64,000 nt of DNA from Minisyncoccota bacterium (GCA_035652395.1 DASRDX010000013.1:3255-67254); one strand, 5' to 3'. Positions 1-7,653 are shown, counted from the first letter of the stretch. Notes: generated by a model not told the origin, from the sequence alone. Numbers and translations: made by a program.

Positions 1-359
1 TCAAGAATTGTCTGATAGTTAGGAGCAACTCCGGCTGCAACGTTGCTCAAATACAACCCAACCTTACCAGTTGTAGAAGCTTCGCCCGCACCGAATAAAA
101 TATTTCCAGATGCCGTAACACGGAACAATTGGCCGTTCAACTCGTTATTACCCGGAACCTGCAAACCTCCGGCATTGCTGGTAGAACTTGGAGTTTGACC
201 CTGAGTCTGCGCTCCGCTCACTCCAGCATTAACTCCGCTGACTCCGCTGTTCCAATTGGCCGCGCCGGGAACGTTAGCGAAATACTTAATCGCCGTTCCT
301 ACTCCGCCAACAGTTACGGGGTTGCCGCCGTTAATAAGATACGATTTAATTACACCCAT
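1..359 (-). CDS. Putative virion structural protein (partial, runs off the window start)
   Basis: Open frame MGVIKSYLINGGNPVTVGG... from ATG at 359 with an AAGGAG RBS; G/N/T/V-rich like its neighbours. Confidence 0.6.
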   Translation of the reverse strand, partial: MGVIKSYLINGGNPVTVGGVGTAIKYFANVPGAANWNSGVSGVNAGVSGAQTQGQTPSSTSNAGGLQVPGNNELNGQLFRVTASGNILFGAGEASTTGKVGLYLSNVAAGVAPNYQTIL

Positions 360-527
360 TTTGTTTTTCTCCTTTATATACGAACAAGGCTACGATATTC
401 GAGTTACGATGTTCGCTCCCTGCCGCTTTAATAGAAAATGCCCTAAATGGGCATAATCTAAAGCACACTGTCTAAGTGCTCAATGTTTAAAGACAGTTGA
501 TTTTCTTCGGTTAAACCGAAAGAATAA

Positions 528-908
528 TTATGCGTATGTAATAGAAACGGACACGGAAAGGGCTGGCGATGTAGTTCCAGCCGTTCCTCCCGAAGTTACA
601 CAAGCCGCCGTAAGGGCCGTTGCAAAAGTCACTCCAACCGAAGCGCCAGTAAAATATGTACGAGTTACAACTGAGTTGGCTGGGACATAAATAATTTCAT
701 CGGGCGCAGTAGTGCCCACAACAACGCTTCCTGAAGTCGCATTATACAATTTCACATAAACGGGAGTTCCGTTAGCCGAATTATCGGCGCGAACCCCATA
801 CAAAACCGCACTAGATGCTTTAACTCCATCGGGAGAATTTCCCATCACGGAATCAGTGAATACAAACTGATTCGTTGGAGTTGACATATTCACTTGTGAT
901 ATAGCCAT
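528..908 (-). CDS. Putative virion structural protein
   Basis: 126 aa, beta-rich and T/S/V/A-rich, AGAGGA RBS, in a packed minus-strand operon. Confidence 0.6.
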   Translation of the reverse strand: MAISQVNMSTPTNQFVFTDSVMGNSPDGVKASSAVLYGVRADNSANGTPVYVKLYNATSGSVVVGTTAPDEIIYVPANSVVTRTYFTGASVGVTFATALTAACVTSGGTAGTTSPALSVSVSITYA

Positions 909-920
909 AATAAATCCTCT

Positions 921-1193
921 TTATTGAACAAAAGTTCCGGTTGGTAATTGAACTGGCTGCTGCGGCGGAGGCGGATTATTAATAAGTGCCTGATTTAACA
1001 TAATTGGCGCAATTAAATTTTTTACGGCTGCCATACCGCCCGATTGCGCCGCCTGTTTTATGGCACTCAACCAAATTTGAACTGTAACATCCACACCGTC
1101 TACAGTACCCACGATAGTTACTAGAGGGTCCGCATTAGGGTCGTTCAAAGGAACATAAGAAGCCGAACTAACTACATATGTATGTGTAGCCAT
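921..1193 (-). CDS. Hypothetical phage protein
   Basis: 90 aa ORF abutting its neighbours, GAGG RBS. Confidence 0.6.
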   Translation of the reverse strand: MATHTYVVSSASYVPLNDPNADPLVTIVGTVDGVDVTVQIWLSAIKQAAQSGGMAAVKNLIAPIMLNQALINNPPPPQQPVQLPTGTFVQ

Positions 1194-1195
1194 TA

Positions 1196-2488
1196 TTATT
1201 CCTCTGTTCCCATTGCAATAATACGAACATGCCCTGATGTAAGAGCGGCGCTAAGATTAATGTTCAAAACATTGTTAGCCGCTGCCGATAAAATTCCATT
1301 ACCAAGGTCAAGATACGTATAATGGTCATCAGTAAATGTTATTCCGCCAGTACTCGGAACAAACGCACTAAAAGTGATATTTGTTGAAGTTACATTGTCT
1401 CGTAAATCTATTGTTAATATGCCTGCTGCGGCTTGCGCCGCATTTCCAGTAAGCTGAAAAACCAATCGCATCAAACGAAATTTCTTTCCGGCTGTTGGAG
1501 TCCAAAGAGCGGTATTTCCTGCCGCCGTGGCGATTGCGGTCTTAAATGTACTAGGCGTTCGGGCTTCAATCCAAGTGGGAGTTCCAACTGCGGATTGTAA
1601 AAGCATTTGCGCCGAACCCATAGGGCGGGCCGCGCCCCCTGAATTTTGAACATCTTCTCTAATATTATCAGGCGTGGCCCCAGAAACATTCGTTCCGGCT
1701 GCCACGACAATGGCGCCGGTTGTCGAAATTGATAAAGTGCCTTGATTTGGACTAATTTGAGGTTGGCTTCCATTTCCGCCAATTACTAAATTTGGAGGAA
1801 CTGTTGCCTCAAAGGCCGTCAAATTAAATGTGGTTTGCGGACTGCCGCCATTAATATAGTTAACACGCCAATACCTAGTTGGAATATAGGTTCCCCAAGT
1901 ATAAGTAGTGTTTGGAACCGCACTTCCGCCAGGTCCTAAAGTATTAAGAGTTGCTGTAAAATTTGGAACAGATGTATCATTTGTTCCCTGAATCGAAACC
2001 GTCCCGCTGGCAACATCAGCACGGTGCTGCAAAACAACCCAATTACCTCCAGTTGCCTGAGTATCCACCCAAGCCGACACAAAACTTGCTCCCGCTCCTA
2101 AAGGAGTAGAAGTAGAGATAGAGGCATATCTTCTCGGAATGGGCCTGTAAAATGGGGCAACCTGTGAGCCATCTCCTGAAATATTCGACGCCGCACCTAC
2201 TGCGGCTCCGCCCCATTGGGCCATGTTTTCACTAATGGGATTTGAAGGATTACCAAATAAATTTGTTCCATCCGAAAGTTCTACGGGCAGAGCATTTGAT
2301 ATTGTAACAGGCGACCCCGCAATTTCAGATATATTTACATTTGTAACAGCCGCACTGCTAGCGTTTGTAATCAATTTGCCGTCTTGCGTCACCTGCAACG
2401 GACAAACTTCTCCGTCTTGTAAATTAACGCCTGCGGCCTGATACTGCCCCAAAAATGCGATAGCTCTCAATTTATTATCGGTTGACAT
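1196..2488 (-). CDS. Putative tail fibre / virion beta-rich protein
   Basis: 430 aa, G/T/S/A/N-rich low-charge composition typical of fibres. Confidence 0.6.
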   Translation of the reverse strand: MSTDNKLRAIAFLGQYQAAGVNLQDGEVCPLQVTQDGKLITNASSAAVTNVNISEIAGSPVTISNALPVELSDGTNLFGNPSNPISENMAQWGGAAVGAASNISGDGSQVAPFYRPIPRRYASISTSTPLGAGASFVSAWVDTQATGGNWVVLQHRADVASGTVSIQGTNDTSVPNFTATLNTLGPGGSAVPNTTYTWGTYIPTRYWRVNYINGGSPQTTFNLTAFEATVPPNLVIGGNGSQPQISPNQGTLSISTTGAIVVAAGTNVSGATPDNIREDVQNSGGAARPMGSAQMLLQSAVGTPTWIEARTPSTFKTAIATAAGNTALWTPTAGKKFRLMRLVFQLTGNAAQAAAGILTIDLRDNVTSTNITFSAFVPSTGGITFTDDHYTYLDLGNGILSAAANNVLNINLSAALTSGHVRIIAMGTEE

Positions 2489-2602
2489 TTACTTCCAAAT
2501 CCATCCGCATACACATTTAACTTCTTGACCGTGTTCGCGCTGTTCTAAAACACGTCCGCAACGAGGGCAAAGCCTTGTTGCTATAAAACGTAAAAGGCTC
2601 AT
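2489..2602 (-). CDS. Small Zn-ribbon peptide (37 aa)
   Basis: MSLLRFIATRLCPRCGR...KCVCGWIWK with CxxC and CxC; fills the gap in the operon. Confidence 0.45.
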   Translation of the reverse strand: MSLLRFIATRLCPRCGRVLEQREHGQEVKCVCGWIWK

Positions 2603-2616
2603 AAAAGCCTCACAGA

Positions 2617-2994
2617 TTAACTGCCGTGAGCTACACCCAAATAATCCAAATAATAGTGAATATTTCCGCCAGAGTTTATGACCTGCAAAATATCAAGTTT
2701 TGACGGATTAGAAAAAGCATCTGCGAACAACTGAGCGGTAGTGGCCGTCGAACTTAGGTGGGTTAAAAACTGTCCGATGCGGGTGCCATTTGTAAAGTTA
2801 GATGCAGGGTTATGAACCGTTCCTGTATAATCAACATTTAAGAGAACTTTACCGCCATTATTATCCACAATCTGAAGCAAATCCAAATTCTGCCCGCCAA
2901 CAGCATTGGGAGTGACTTGAGGCCACGCAGTAGCCACCGTCGAGCCGTTCTGAGAACTATTTTGTGAATACAAAGCCTGTTGTGTTGCTGTCAT
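2617..2994 (-). CDS. Putative virion protein with internal repeat
   Basis: ATG 2994 after GGAG; repeated LDLLQIV/LDILQVI...G motif. The longer ORF-track start overlaps a tRNA. Confidence 0.6.
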   Translation of the reverse strand: MTATQQALYSQNSSQNGSTVATAWPQVTPNAVGGQNLDLLQIVDNNGGKVLLNVDYTGTVHNPASNFTNGTRIGQFLTHLSSTATTAQLFADAFSNPSKLDILQVINSGGNIHYYLDYLGVAHGS

Positions 2995-3012
2995 GTTTTC
3001 TCCGCTATAAAT

Positions 3013-3043
3013 ACAAAACCCCGCCGTTTGAAACAGCGGGGTC
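3013..3043 (-). terminator. Intrinsic terminator-like hairpin after the last tRNA
   Basis: Minus strand GACCCCGCTGTTTCAAACGGCGGGGTTTTGT. Confidence 0.55.
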
Positions 3044-3049
3044 AGAAAT

Positions 3050-3128
3050 TGGTCGAGAATCAAGGATTTGAACCTTGGACCTCCTGCTTCCGAAGCAGGC
3101 GAGAACAACCAGGCTTCTCTAATTCTCG
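3050..3128 (-). tRNA. tRNA-Pro(CGG)
   Basis: Cloverleaf, anticodon loop TTCGGAA, C1-G72, A73, CCA encoded. Confidence 0.9.
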
Positions 3129-3137
3129 ATTAAAAAT

Positions 3138-3225
3138 TGGTCGAATCAGCAGGACTCGAACCTGCAAGGCCGTTAGGCACTGGTTTCCAAAACCAGAGGG
3201 CTTCCATTTACCCGCCTATGACTCG
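3138..3225 (-). tRNA. tRNA-Pro(UGG) with long variable arm
   Basis: Loop TTTGGAA, C1-G72/A73, variable stem GCC-TAAC-GGC, CCA. Confidence 0.8.
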
Positions 3226-3228
3226 AAA

Positions 3229-3519
3229 TTATTGCATTAAAGGAACCCAATATGTAGTTCCCGACAAAACTATTTTCAAAAAACCAACTATATCGCGTGG
3301 ATTAGACGGCCCGTCGCCAGTTCCTTTCTGAGGAGCACGTACTGTCTGAATACCCCCATTACCTACACCCAACTGATGCAACAAAACTAACTGATTTCCA
3401 GACGAAGTTCCGACATAAAGCTGAGCTTCATCTGTTGCAAAATACAACTCTCCCGTTTGCAATATGGGCATATTTGCTTTAATGCCGCGCAAAACTTGAA
3501 TACCTACATTTCTAGCCAT
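3229..3519 (-). CDS. Tail-fibre-associated protein with Mtd/hyaluronidase N-terminal-like motif
   Basis: IQVLRG...GELYFATDEAQLYVG motif. Confidence 0.7.
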   Translation of the reverse strand: MARNVGIQVLRGIKANMPILQTGELYFATDEAQLYVGTSSGNQLVLLHQLGVGNGGIQTVRAPQKGTGDGPSNPRDIVGFLKIVLSGTTYWVPLMQ

Positions 3520-4040
3520 TAGAAGCTACCGCAATCTATATTCGTTAGGCTTGAGCCTGCTCCAATCGAAGTCGGTAATTGAGTTTGAGCGAGTAAGCCT
3601 GAAATATCAGCAAATGAAGGTTGTGCTAAATGCTGAACACCGTTATTATCAATATATGTCACAAACTGATGAGTTACAGGTGCCGATAAACCCTGAATAG
3701 TCGTTCCCGATGTAACTCCTATGGCTGTCCAATTTACATTATTCGACGCTGGCTCGTCAGTTAAAATGTATGTACGATTGTTATCGGCTTGTAAACACAA
3801 ATCTCCGATAAGAACACCAGTTAGCGCCAACCTAGATGTTTGGTCGGCTGCCGTAAAAACTTTTACATCATTGGCTAATCTAGACCAAGCGGCAGGTATT
3901 CCAGTTCCGCTTCCAGTATCAACATAAATTTCATTAGTGTCTGTTGTCCACGCAAGTACACCCGCAAAACCCGTGGACGGCAAAGTTGACAAACTAGATT
4001 TCGTTCCTCGATAAAGCTGAATAGATACATTAAGACTCAT
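3519..4040 (-). CDS. Tail-fibre-associated protein with Mtd N-terminal-like motif
   Basis: IQLYRGT...GVLAWTTDTNEIYV; C-terminal IDCGSF. Confidence 0.7.
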   Translation of the reverse strand: MSLNVSIQLYRGTKSSLSTLPSTGFAGVLAWTTDTNEIYVDTGSGTGIPAAWSRLANDVKVFTAADQTSRLALTGVLIGDLCLQADNNRTYILTDEPASNNVNWTAIGVTSGTTIQGLSAPVTHQFVTYIDNNGVQHLAQPSFADISGLLAQTQLPTSIGAGSSLTNIDCGSF

Positions 4041-4246
4041 TAAAAAGTACCCGCATCAATTGAAGTTTCGGTTATGGCAGCCGCCGATATTTGAGTAGTT
4101 CCGTCAAAAAACGTAATTCTTGGAGTGTGTACTGTGCCTTTTCCATCAATTGAGAAAAGTATTTCTCCATTCCTATTTATCAAATGAAGAAAATCCTCGC
4201 CATGAGAAAGATACTTTCCCATTGATGCTTGTTTTGATATGTTCAT
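4040..4246 (-). CDS. Small fibre-associated protein
   Basis: ITFFDGTTQ motif, C-terminal IDAGTF; stop overlaps the next start. Confidence 0.55.
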   Translation of the reverse strand: MNISKQASMGKYLSHGEDFLHLINRNGEILFSIDGKGTVHTPRITFFDGTTQISAAAITETSIDAGTF

Positions 4247-4264
4247 CTGCTTAAAACTCAAATA

Positions 4265-4339
4265 TGGTTGCGGCGCTTGGACTCGAACCAAGATGACTAG
4301 TTTCAGAGACTAGCATCCTACCAATTGAATGACATCGCA
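4265..4339 (-). tRNA. tRNA-Gln(CUG)
   Basis: Loop CTCTGAA, T-loop TTCGAGT, CCA. Confidence 0.9.
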
Positions 4340-4355
4340 ATAAAATTTCAAAATT

Positions 4356-4430
4356 TGGTTGCTTCGTCAGGACTCGAACCTGAATAACAAGTTTCAAAGA
4401 CTTGCGAATTGCCAATTATTCGACAAAGCA
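4356..4430 (-). tRNA. tRNA-Gln(UUG)
   Basis: Loop CTTTGAA, CCA. Confidence 0.9.
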
Positions 4431-4432
4431 AT

Positions 4433-4509
4433 TGGAGCACAAGGAGGGAATCGAACCCTTCGTATATTCGTTTTGCAGACGAATGCCTTGCCACTTGGCT
4501 ACTCGTGCT
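4433..4509 (-). tRNA. tRNA-Cys(GCA)
   Basis: Loop CTGCAAA, U73, CCA. Confidence 0.9.
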
Positions 4510-4511
4510 TA

Positions 4512-4560
4512 AGTGTCACATATTTCACTGTAAAACGCTTATGGTAAAATATGTGACACT
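4512..4560. repeat. 14-bp perfect inverted repeat between tRNAs
   Basis: AGTGTCACATATTT ... AAATATGTGACACT. Confidence 0.85.
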
Positions 4561-4566
4561 ATAAAA

Positions 4567-4652
4567 TGGCAGAGGATAACCGAGTCGAACGATTAACCTT
4601 TCGGTTAGCCTAGTTTTCAAGACTAGTTGGGAACCATCTCCCGCTACCCTCT
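4567..4652 (-). tRNA. tRNA-Ser(UGA)
   Basis: Loop CTTGAAA, long variable arm, G73, CCA. Confidence 0.9.
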
Positions 4653-4657
4653 AAAAT

Positions 4658-4744
4658 TGGCGGAGTGCGAAGGATTTGAACCTCCACAACCTTTCGGTCG
4701 CTTGTTTAGCAAACAAGTGCGGCTACCAATTTCGCCAGCACTCC
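4658..4744 (-). tRNA. tRNA-Ser(GCU)
   Basis: Loop TTGCTAA, long variable arm, G73, CCA. Confidence 0.9.
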
Positions 4745-4752
4745 GTATAATG

Positions 4753-5080
4753 TGGTGAACAATAGCCAGGATTCTGTATAACGGCCATCATCCATCTAAG
4801 CTGCCTACCCGGCGTTCTGCGTGCTCAACTCACTCCCGCCCTATTTGGCATTGCACTCAGAGGGAGTTTCTCGACTCCAATGATTCTAACTATCCGCCAA
4901 TAATTAGAATATCGAGGCTTACCCGTCCAATTACTCGGCCCGCAACTTCCACGGTCTGATGTTGAGATGTGTCCTGAACTTCCTCGGAATTTCGCCCCCT
5001 GTAATACGATGCTCAAGGTACGCCTTGACGACACCTTACGGTTTGAGGGAGCCACCGTTCCGCGATAGCCTAGTTCACCA
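4753..5080 (-). ncRNA. rnpB: RNase P RNA (reduced: no P18, remodelled S-domain)
   Basis: P1 GGTGAAC/GTTCACC; P2 GGCTATCG/TGATGGCC; CR-I GAGGAAGTTCAGGAC pairing with CR-V ACAGAATCCTGGCTA (P4); P6 CTCAAC/GTTGAG; P7 TCAGA/TCTGA; GCAATGCCAAATAG...GGGTAGGCA (P15/L15); TAGATGGATG (CR-IV). Confidence 0.9.
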
Positions 5081-5411
5081 AATTCAATTTATTCTTTACG
5101 GCTTTTCCAATAAGATATGTAGCCACAAGAAAAGAAACAATCAGTCCCAAGAATCCTAAAACCAATAAAACGTCTCCGGGACTTGCTATCGTATCTCCGA
5201 TTGAAATATAGTCACATAAAATCTTCAAATGACTGTATGTTGCCATTGAAACGTGCTCATTGTCAAGAAAAATTTCTTGATTCGTCAATTTTCCTACATA
5301 AACGGGCATCATACCGTTGTTTGCCGATATGGCGGCAACGTTTAATAAACCACCTAATATATAACTCACGATAGACACGAGAGCACAAAGCATTACTTTT
5401 AACGGCCTCAT
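5070..5411 (-). CDS. DUF5317-like membrane protein
   Basis: GGLLN...ANNGMMPV...LCDYI...SPGDVLL motifs plus TM helices. Confidence 0.65.
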   Translation of the reverse strand: MRPLKVMLCALVSIVSYILGGLLNVAAISANNGMMPVYVGKLTNQEIFLDNEHVSMATYSHLKILCDYISIGDTIASPGDVLLVLGFLGLIVSFLVATYLIGKAVKNKLNLVN

Positions 5412-5427
5412 ATTTGTGCCTCGATTT

Positions 5428-5503
5428 TGGACGACTCGGCGGGACTCGAACCCGCATAAGAAGTTTAGGAAACTTCTGTCTTATCCGATTAAACGACAAA
5501 TCG
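5428..5503 (-). tRNA. tRNA-Arg(CCU)
   Basis: Loop TTCCTAA, CCA; 5' end directly abuts the CCA of the upstream tRNA. Confidence 0.9.
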
Positions 5504-5578
5504 TGGAGGCCCCGGCGAGAATCGAACTCGCATACGCTGATTAGAAGTCAGCGGTCCTGTCCGTTGAACGACAGAGCC
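5504..5578 (-). tRNA. tRNA-Arg(UCU)
   Basis: Loop CTTCTAA, CCA. Confidence 0.9.
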
Positions 5579-5590
5579 TTAAAAACTTTT

Positions 5591-5666
5591 TGGCGAGACA
5601 TGAGGGACTTGAACCCCCACCCTACGGTTTTGGAGACCGATATGCTGCCACTAACACCTATGACTC
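5591..5666 (-). tRNA. tRNA-Trp(CCA)
   Basis: Loop CTCCAAA, G73, CCA. Confidence 0.85.
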
Positions 5667-5676
5667 GCGTTAAACT

Positions 5677-5751
5677 TGGAGCGGTCGGCGGGACTCGAAC
5701 CCGTCTTCTTCAGCTTGGAAGGCTGAGGCACAACCTTTATACCACGCCCGC
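5677..5751 (-). tRNA. tRNA-Gly(UCC)
   Basis: Loop CTTCCAA, GCG acceptor, U73, CCA. Confidence 0.9.
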
Positions 5752-5874
5752 TCGAAAAATTATTTTCTTGTCGGCACGTTCCTTTTCCAGACAAAAAATA
5801 GCGACGTAGAAAGTCAGCGTTCGACGACATTGTAACAAAGTCAGCGATTGGCGACTCGAAAAATTATTTTCTTG
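5751..5874. repeat. 20-bp direct repeat flanking an 84-nt segment
   Basis: CTCGAAAAATTATTTTCTTG at 5751-5770 and 5855-5874; two AAAGTCAGCG copies inside. Confidence 0.8.
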
Positions 5875-6217
5875 AAAGCCTAGCAATCCAATTGTCGGTA
5901 TGTTTCTGTCTTTCCAACATACAGTTTACAGCGAACTCAAAATCCCCATAATTCACATAAGCAAAAGGATTATTATACTGTGAATCCTTGGCCATGTAAA
6001 CTTGCTTTCCATCGCGGCTCCAATCCCAAACATCGTTATGACTGCACTCATACCTGTCGGGAATCAAAAACTCGTCCCAATCGCCACTCGATAAAACTTT
6101 CTTAATGGCTTGGTTTTGAGTGCGACGAACGGCTCTCGCTGCTTGTGTTTTATCCCAACGAGCACTATTGGAGCCGCAAACAAAACTAGCATACGGCTTT
6201 CTATATGAACGACTCAT
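5864..6217 (-). CDS. Hypothetical basic phage protein
   Basis: MSRSYRKP start with GAGG RBS; the longer ORF-track start overlaps tRNA-Gly. Confidence 0.65.
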   Translation of the reverse strand: MSRSYRKPYASFVCGSNSARWDKTQAARAVRRTQNQAIKKVLSSGDWDEFLIPDRYECSHNDVWDWSRDGKQVYMAKDSQYNNPFAYVNYGDFEFAVNCMLERQKHTDNWIARLSRK

Positions 6218-6264
6218 CAGAGACCTCACGGTTAAATCTAATGAATACTCATATACTACAAAAA

Positions 6265-6338
6265 TGGAGCGAAGTACGATAATCGAAATCGTACTCAAAC
6301 CTTGGCAAGGTTTTGTTCTGCCACTAAACTAACTTCGC
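6265..6338 (-). tRNA. tRNA-Gly(GCC)
   Basis: Loop TTGCCAA, GCG acceptor, CCA. Confidence 0.9.
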
Positions 6339-6344
6339 TAAAAT

Positions 6345-6427
6345 TGGTTGCGGGGGAGGGAATCGAACCCACTTTGGACAAGCCACAAGGTTATGAGTCT
6401 TGTGTGCACCCGGAGCACATCCCCGCT
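6345..6427 (-). tRNA. tRNA-Met(CAU), initiator-like acceptor, extended variable region
   Basis: Loop CTCATAA; A1:A72 mismatch, GCGGGG/CCCCGC; 13-nt variable region. Confidence 0.8.
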
Positions 6428-6432
6428 TCAAT

Positions 6433-6507
6433 TGGTCGTTCGGGTTGGAATCGAACCAACCATGCACGCTTTATGAGAACGCCGCCTAGCCGATTAGCTT
6501 CCGAACG
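6433..6507 (-). tRNA. tRNA-Met/Ile2(CAU)
   Basis: Loop CTCATAA, CCA; Met versus lysidine-Ile cannot be resolved by eye. Confidence 0.8.
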
Positions 6508-6519
6508 AAATCATAAATT

Positions 6520-6606
6520 TGGTGCGCCTGACAGGACTCGAACCTGTACGCCCGAAGGCACCAGTTTCTAAGACTGGCGTGTCTGCCCAATTCCATCCAC
6601 AGACGC
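6520..6606 (-). tRNA. tRNA-Leu(UAG)
   Basis: Loop CTTAGAA, long variable arm, CCA. Confidence 0.9.
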
Positions 6607-6610
6607 AAAA

Positions 6611-6685
6611 TGGAGGCGTAGAAGGGAGTCGAACCCTCGTTCTCAGCTTGAAAGGCTGATGTCCTGGCCATTAGACGACTTCGCC
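6611..6685 (-). tRNA. tRNA-Glu(UUC)
   Basis: Loop CTTTCAA, CCA. Confidence 0.9.
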
Positions 6686-6695
6686 ATTATCCAAT

Positions 6696-6769
6696 TGGTG
6701 ACCCTGAGCGGTACTGACCCGCTGTTCTTAGATTGAGAATCTAATGTCCTGCCTTTAGACGACAGGGCC
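6696..6769 (-). tRNA. tRNA-Glu(CUC)
   Basis: Loop TTCTCAA; atypical T-loop GTCAGTA; CCA. Confidence 0.85.
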
Positions 6770-6770
6770 T

Positions 6771-6845
6771 TGGCGGTGCTACTGGGAATCGAACCCAGAC
6801 TTCAGCCGTGACAGGGCCGTGTCGTTACCAACTGACCCTAGCACC
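6771..6845 (-). tRNA. tRNA-Asp(GUC)
   Basis: Loop CTGTCAC, G73, CCA. Confidence 0.9.
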
Positions 6846-6847
6846 GT

Positions 6848-6921
6848 TGGAGCTTCGTGAAAGAATCGAACTTTCACTTCACCCTTACCAAGGGCGCGTT
6901 CTACCATTGAACTAACAAAGC
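6848..6921 (-). tRNA. tRNA-Thr(GGU)
   Basis: Loop TTGGTAA, CCA. Confidence 0.9.
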
Positions 6922-6966
6922 GTACCATGAAACTTTTATTTTGTCAACTAAAAACTTAGCGATTTT

Positions 6967-7040
6967 TGGAGCTTCGTCGTGGAATCGAACCACGGCTCGC
7001 GGTTTACGAAACCGCTGTCATGCCACTAGACCAACAAAGC
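6967..7040 (-). tRNA. tRNA-Thr(CGU)
   Basis: Loop TTCGTAA, CCA. Confidence 0.9.
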
Positions 7041-7052
7041 AAACTTAAAAAT

Positions 7053-7127
7053 TGGAGCACAATGTTGGATTTGAACCAACTCCCGCCGTTTACAAAACGG
7101 CCATTCTACCAATTAAACTAATCGTGC
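7053..7127 (-). tRNA. tRNA-Thr(UGU)
   Basis: Loop TTTGTAA, CCA. Confidence 0.9.
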
Positions 7128-7160
7128 ATTATTTTACGACACTTTAAAAATTTCAAAATT

Positions 7161-7237
7161 TGGCTCCAGCCCTGGGACTCGAACCCAGACCTTCATGGTT
7201 AACAGCCAAGCGTCCTGCCAAATTGGACCAGACTGGA
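7161..7237 (-). tRNA. tRNA-Asn(GUU)
   Basis: Loop CTGTTAA, TCC acceptor, G73, CCA. Confidence 0.9.
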
Positions 7238-7243
7238 ATAAAA

Positions 7244-7312
7244 AGCAAGGCAACAAGCGTTATAAGTCTTTTTTCACACTAGAAGAAGTATCTCATAACT
7301 ACGGCACTTGCT
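7244..7312 (-). ncRNA. Candidate Y-RNA (Yrl)-like stem-loop RNA
   Basis: AGCAAG-TGCCGTA-GTTATGAG-ATACTTC...CTTATAAC-GCTTGTTGC-CTTGCT: two stems around an internal loop. Confidence 0.45.
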
Positions 7313-7341
7313 ATTTCTCTGCACTGCTGCATTATAACTAT

Positions 7342-7416
7342 TGGAGGACCGCAAGGGATTTGAACCCTTAATTATGCGTTCGAAGCGCATTGGTTTATCC
7401 GTTAGCCTAACAGTCC
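7342..7416 (-). tRNA. tRNA-Arg(UCG)
   Basis: Loop CTTCGAA, CCA. Confidence 0.9.
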
Positions 7417-7423
7417 TAAAAAT

Positions 7424-7498
7424 TGGAAGGCCGTGCGGGAGTCGGACCCGCGTCTGCGGATTCGTAGTCCGCTGTCTTTTCCTCTAAACGAACAGCCT
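7424..7498 (-). tRNA. tRNA-Arg(ACG)
   Basis: Loop CTACGAA; T-loop TCCGACT; CCA. Confidence 0.88.
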
Positions 7499-7500
7499 TT

Positions 7501-7576
7501 TGGTACGCCGTAATGGAATCGAACCATTCCTTCTGGTTTGTAGGACCAGCGCATACTACCAGTTTGCTAACAGCGT
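7501..7576 (-). tRNA. tRNA-Val(UAC)
   Basis: Loop CCTACAA, CCA. Confidence 0.88.
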
Positions 7577-7577
7577 A

Positions 7578-7653
7578 TGGTGGACGAAACAGGCTCTGCC
7601 CCTGCCGCCTCCGCATTGCAAGTGCGGCGCTCTCCTGAATGAGCTACTCGCCC
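7578..7653 (-). tRNA. tRNA-Ala(UGC)
   Basis: Loop CTTGCAA, G3-U70; atypical T-loop GGCAGAG; CCA. Confidence 0.88.
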
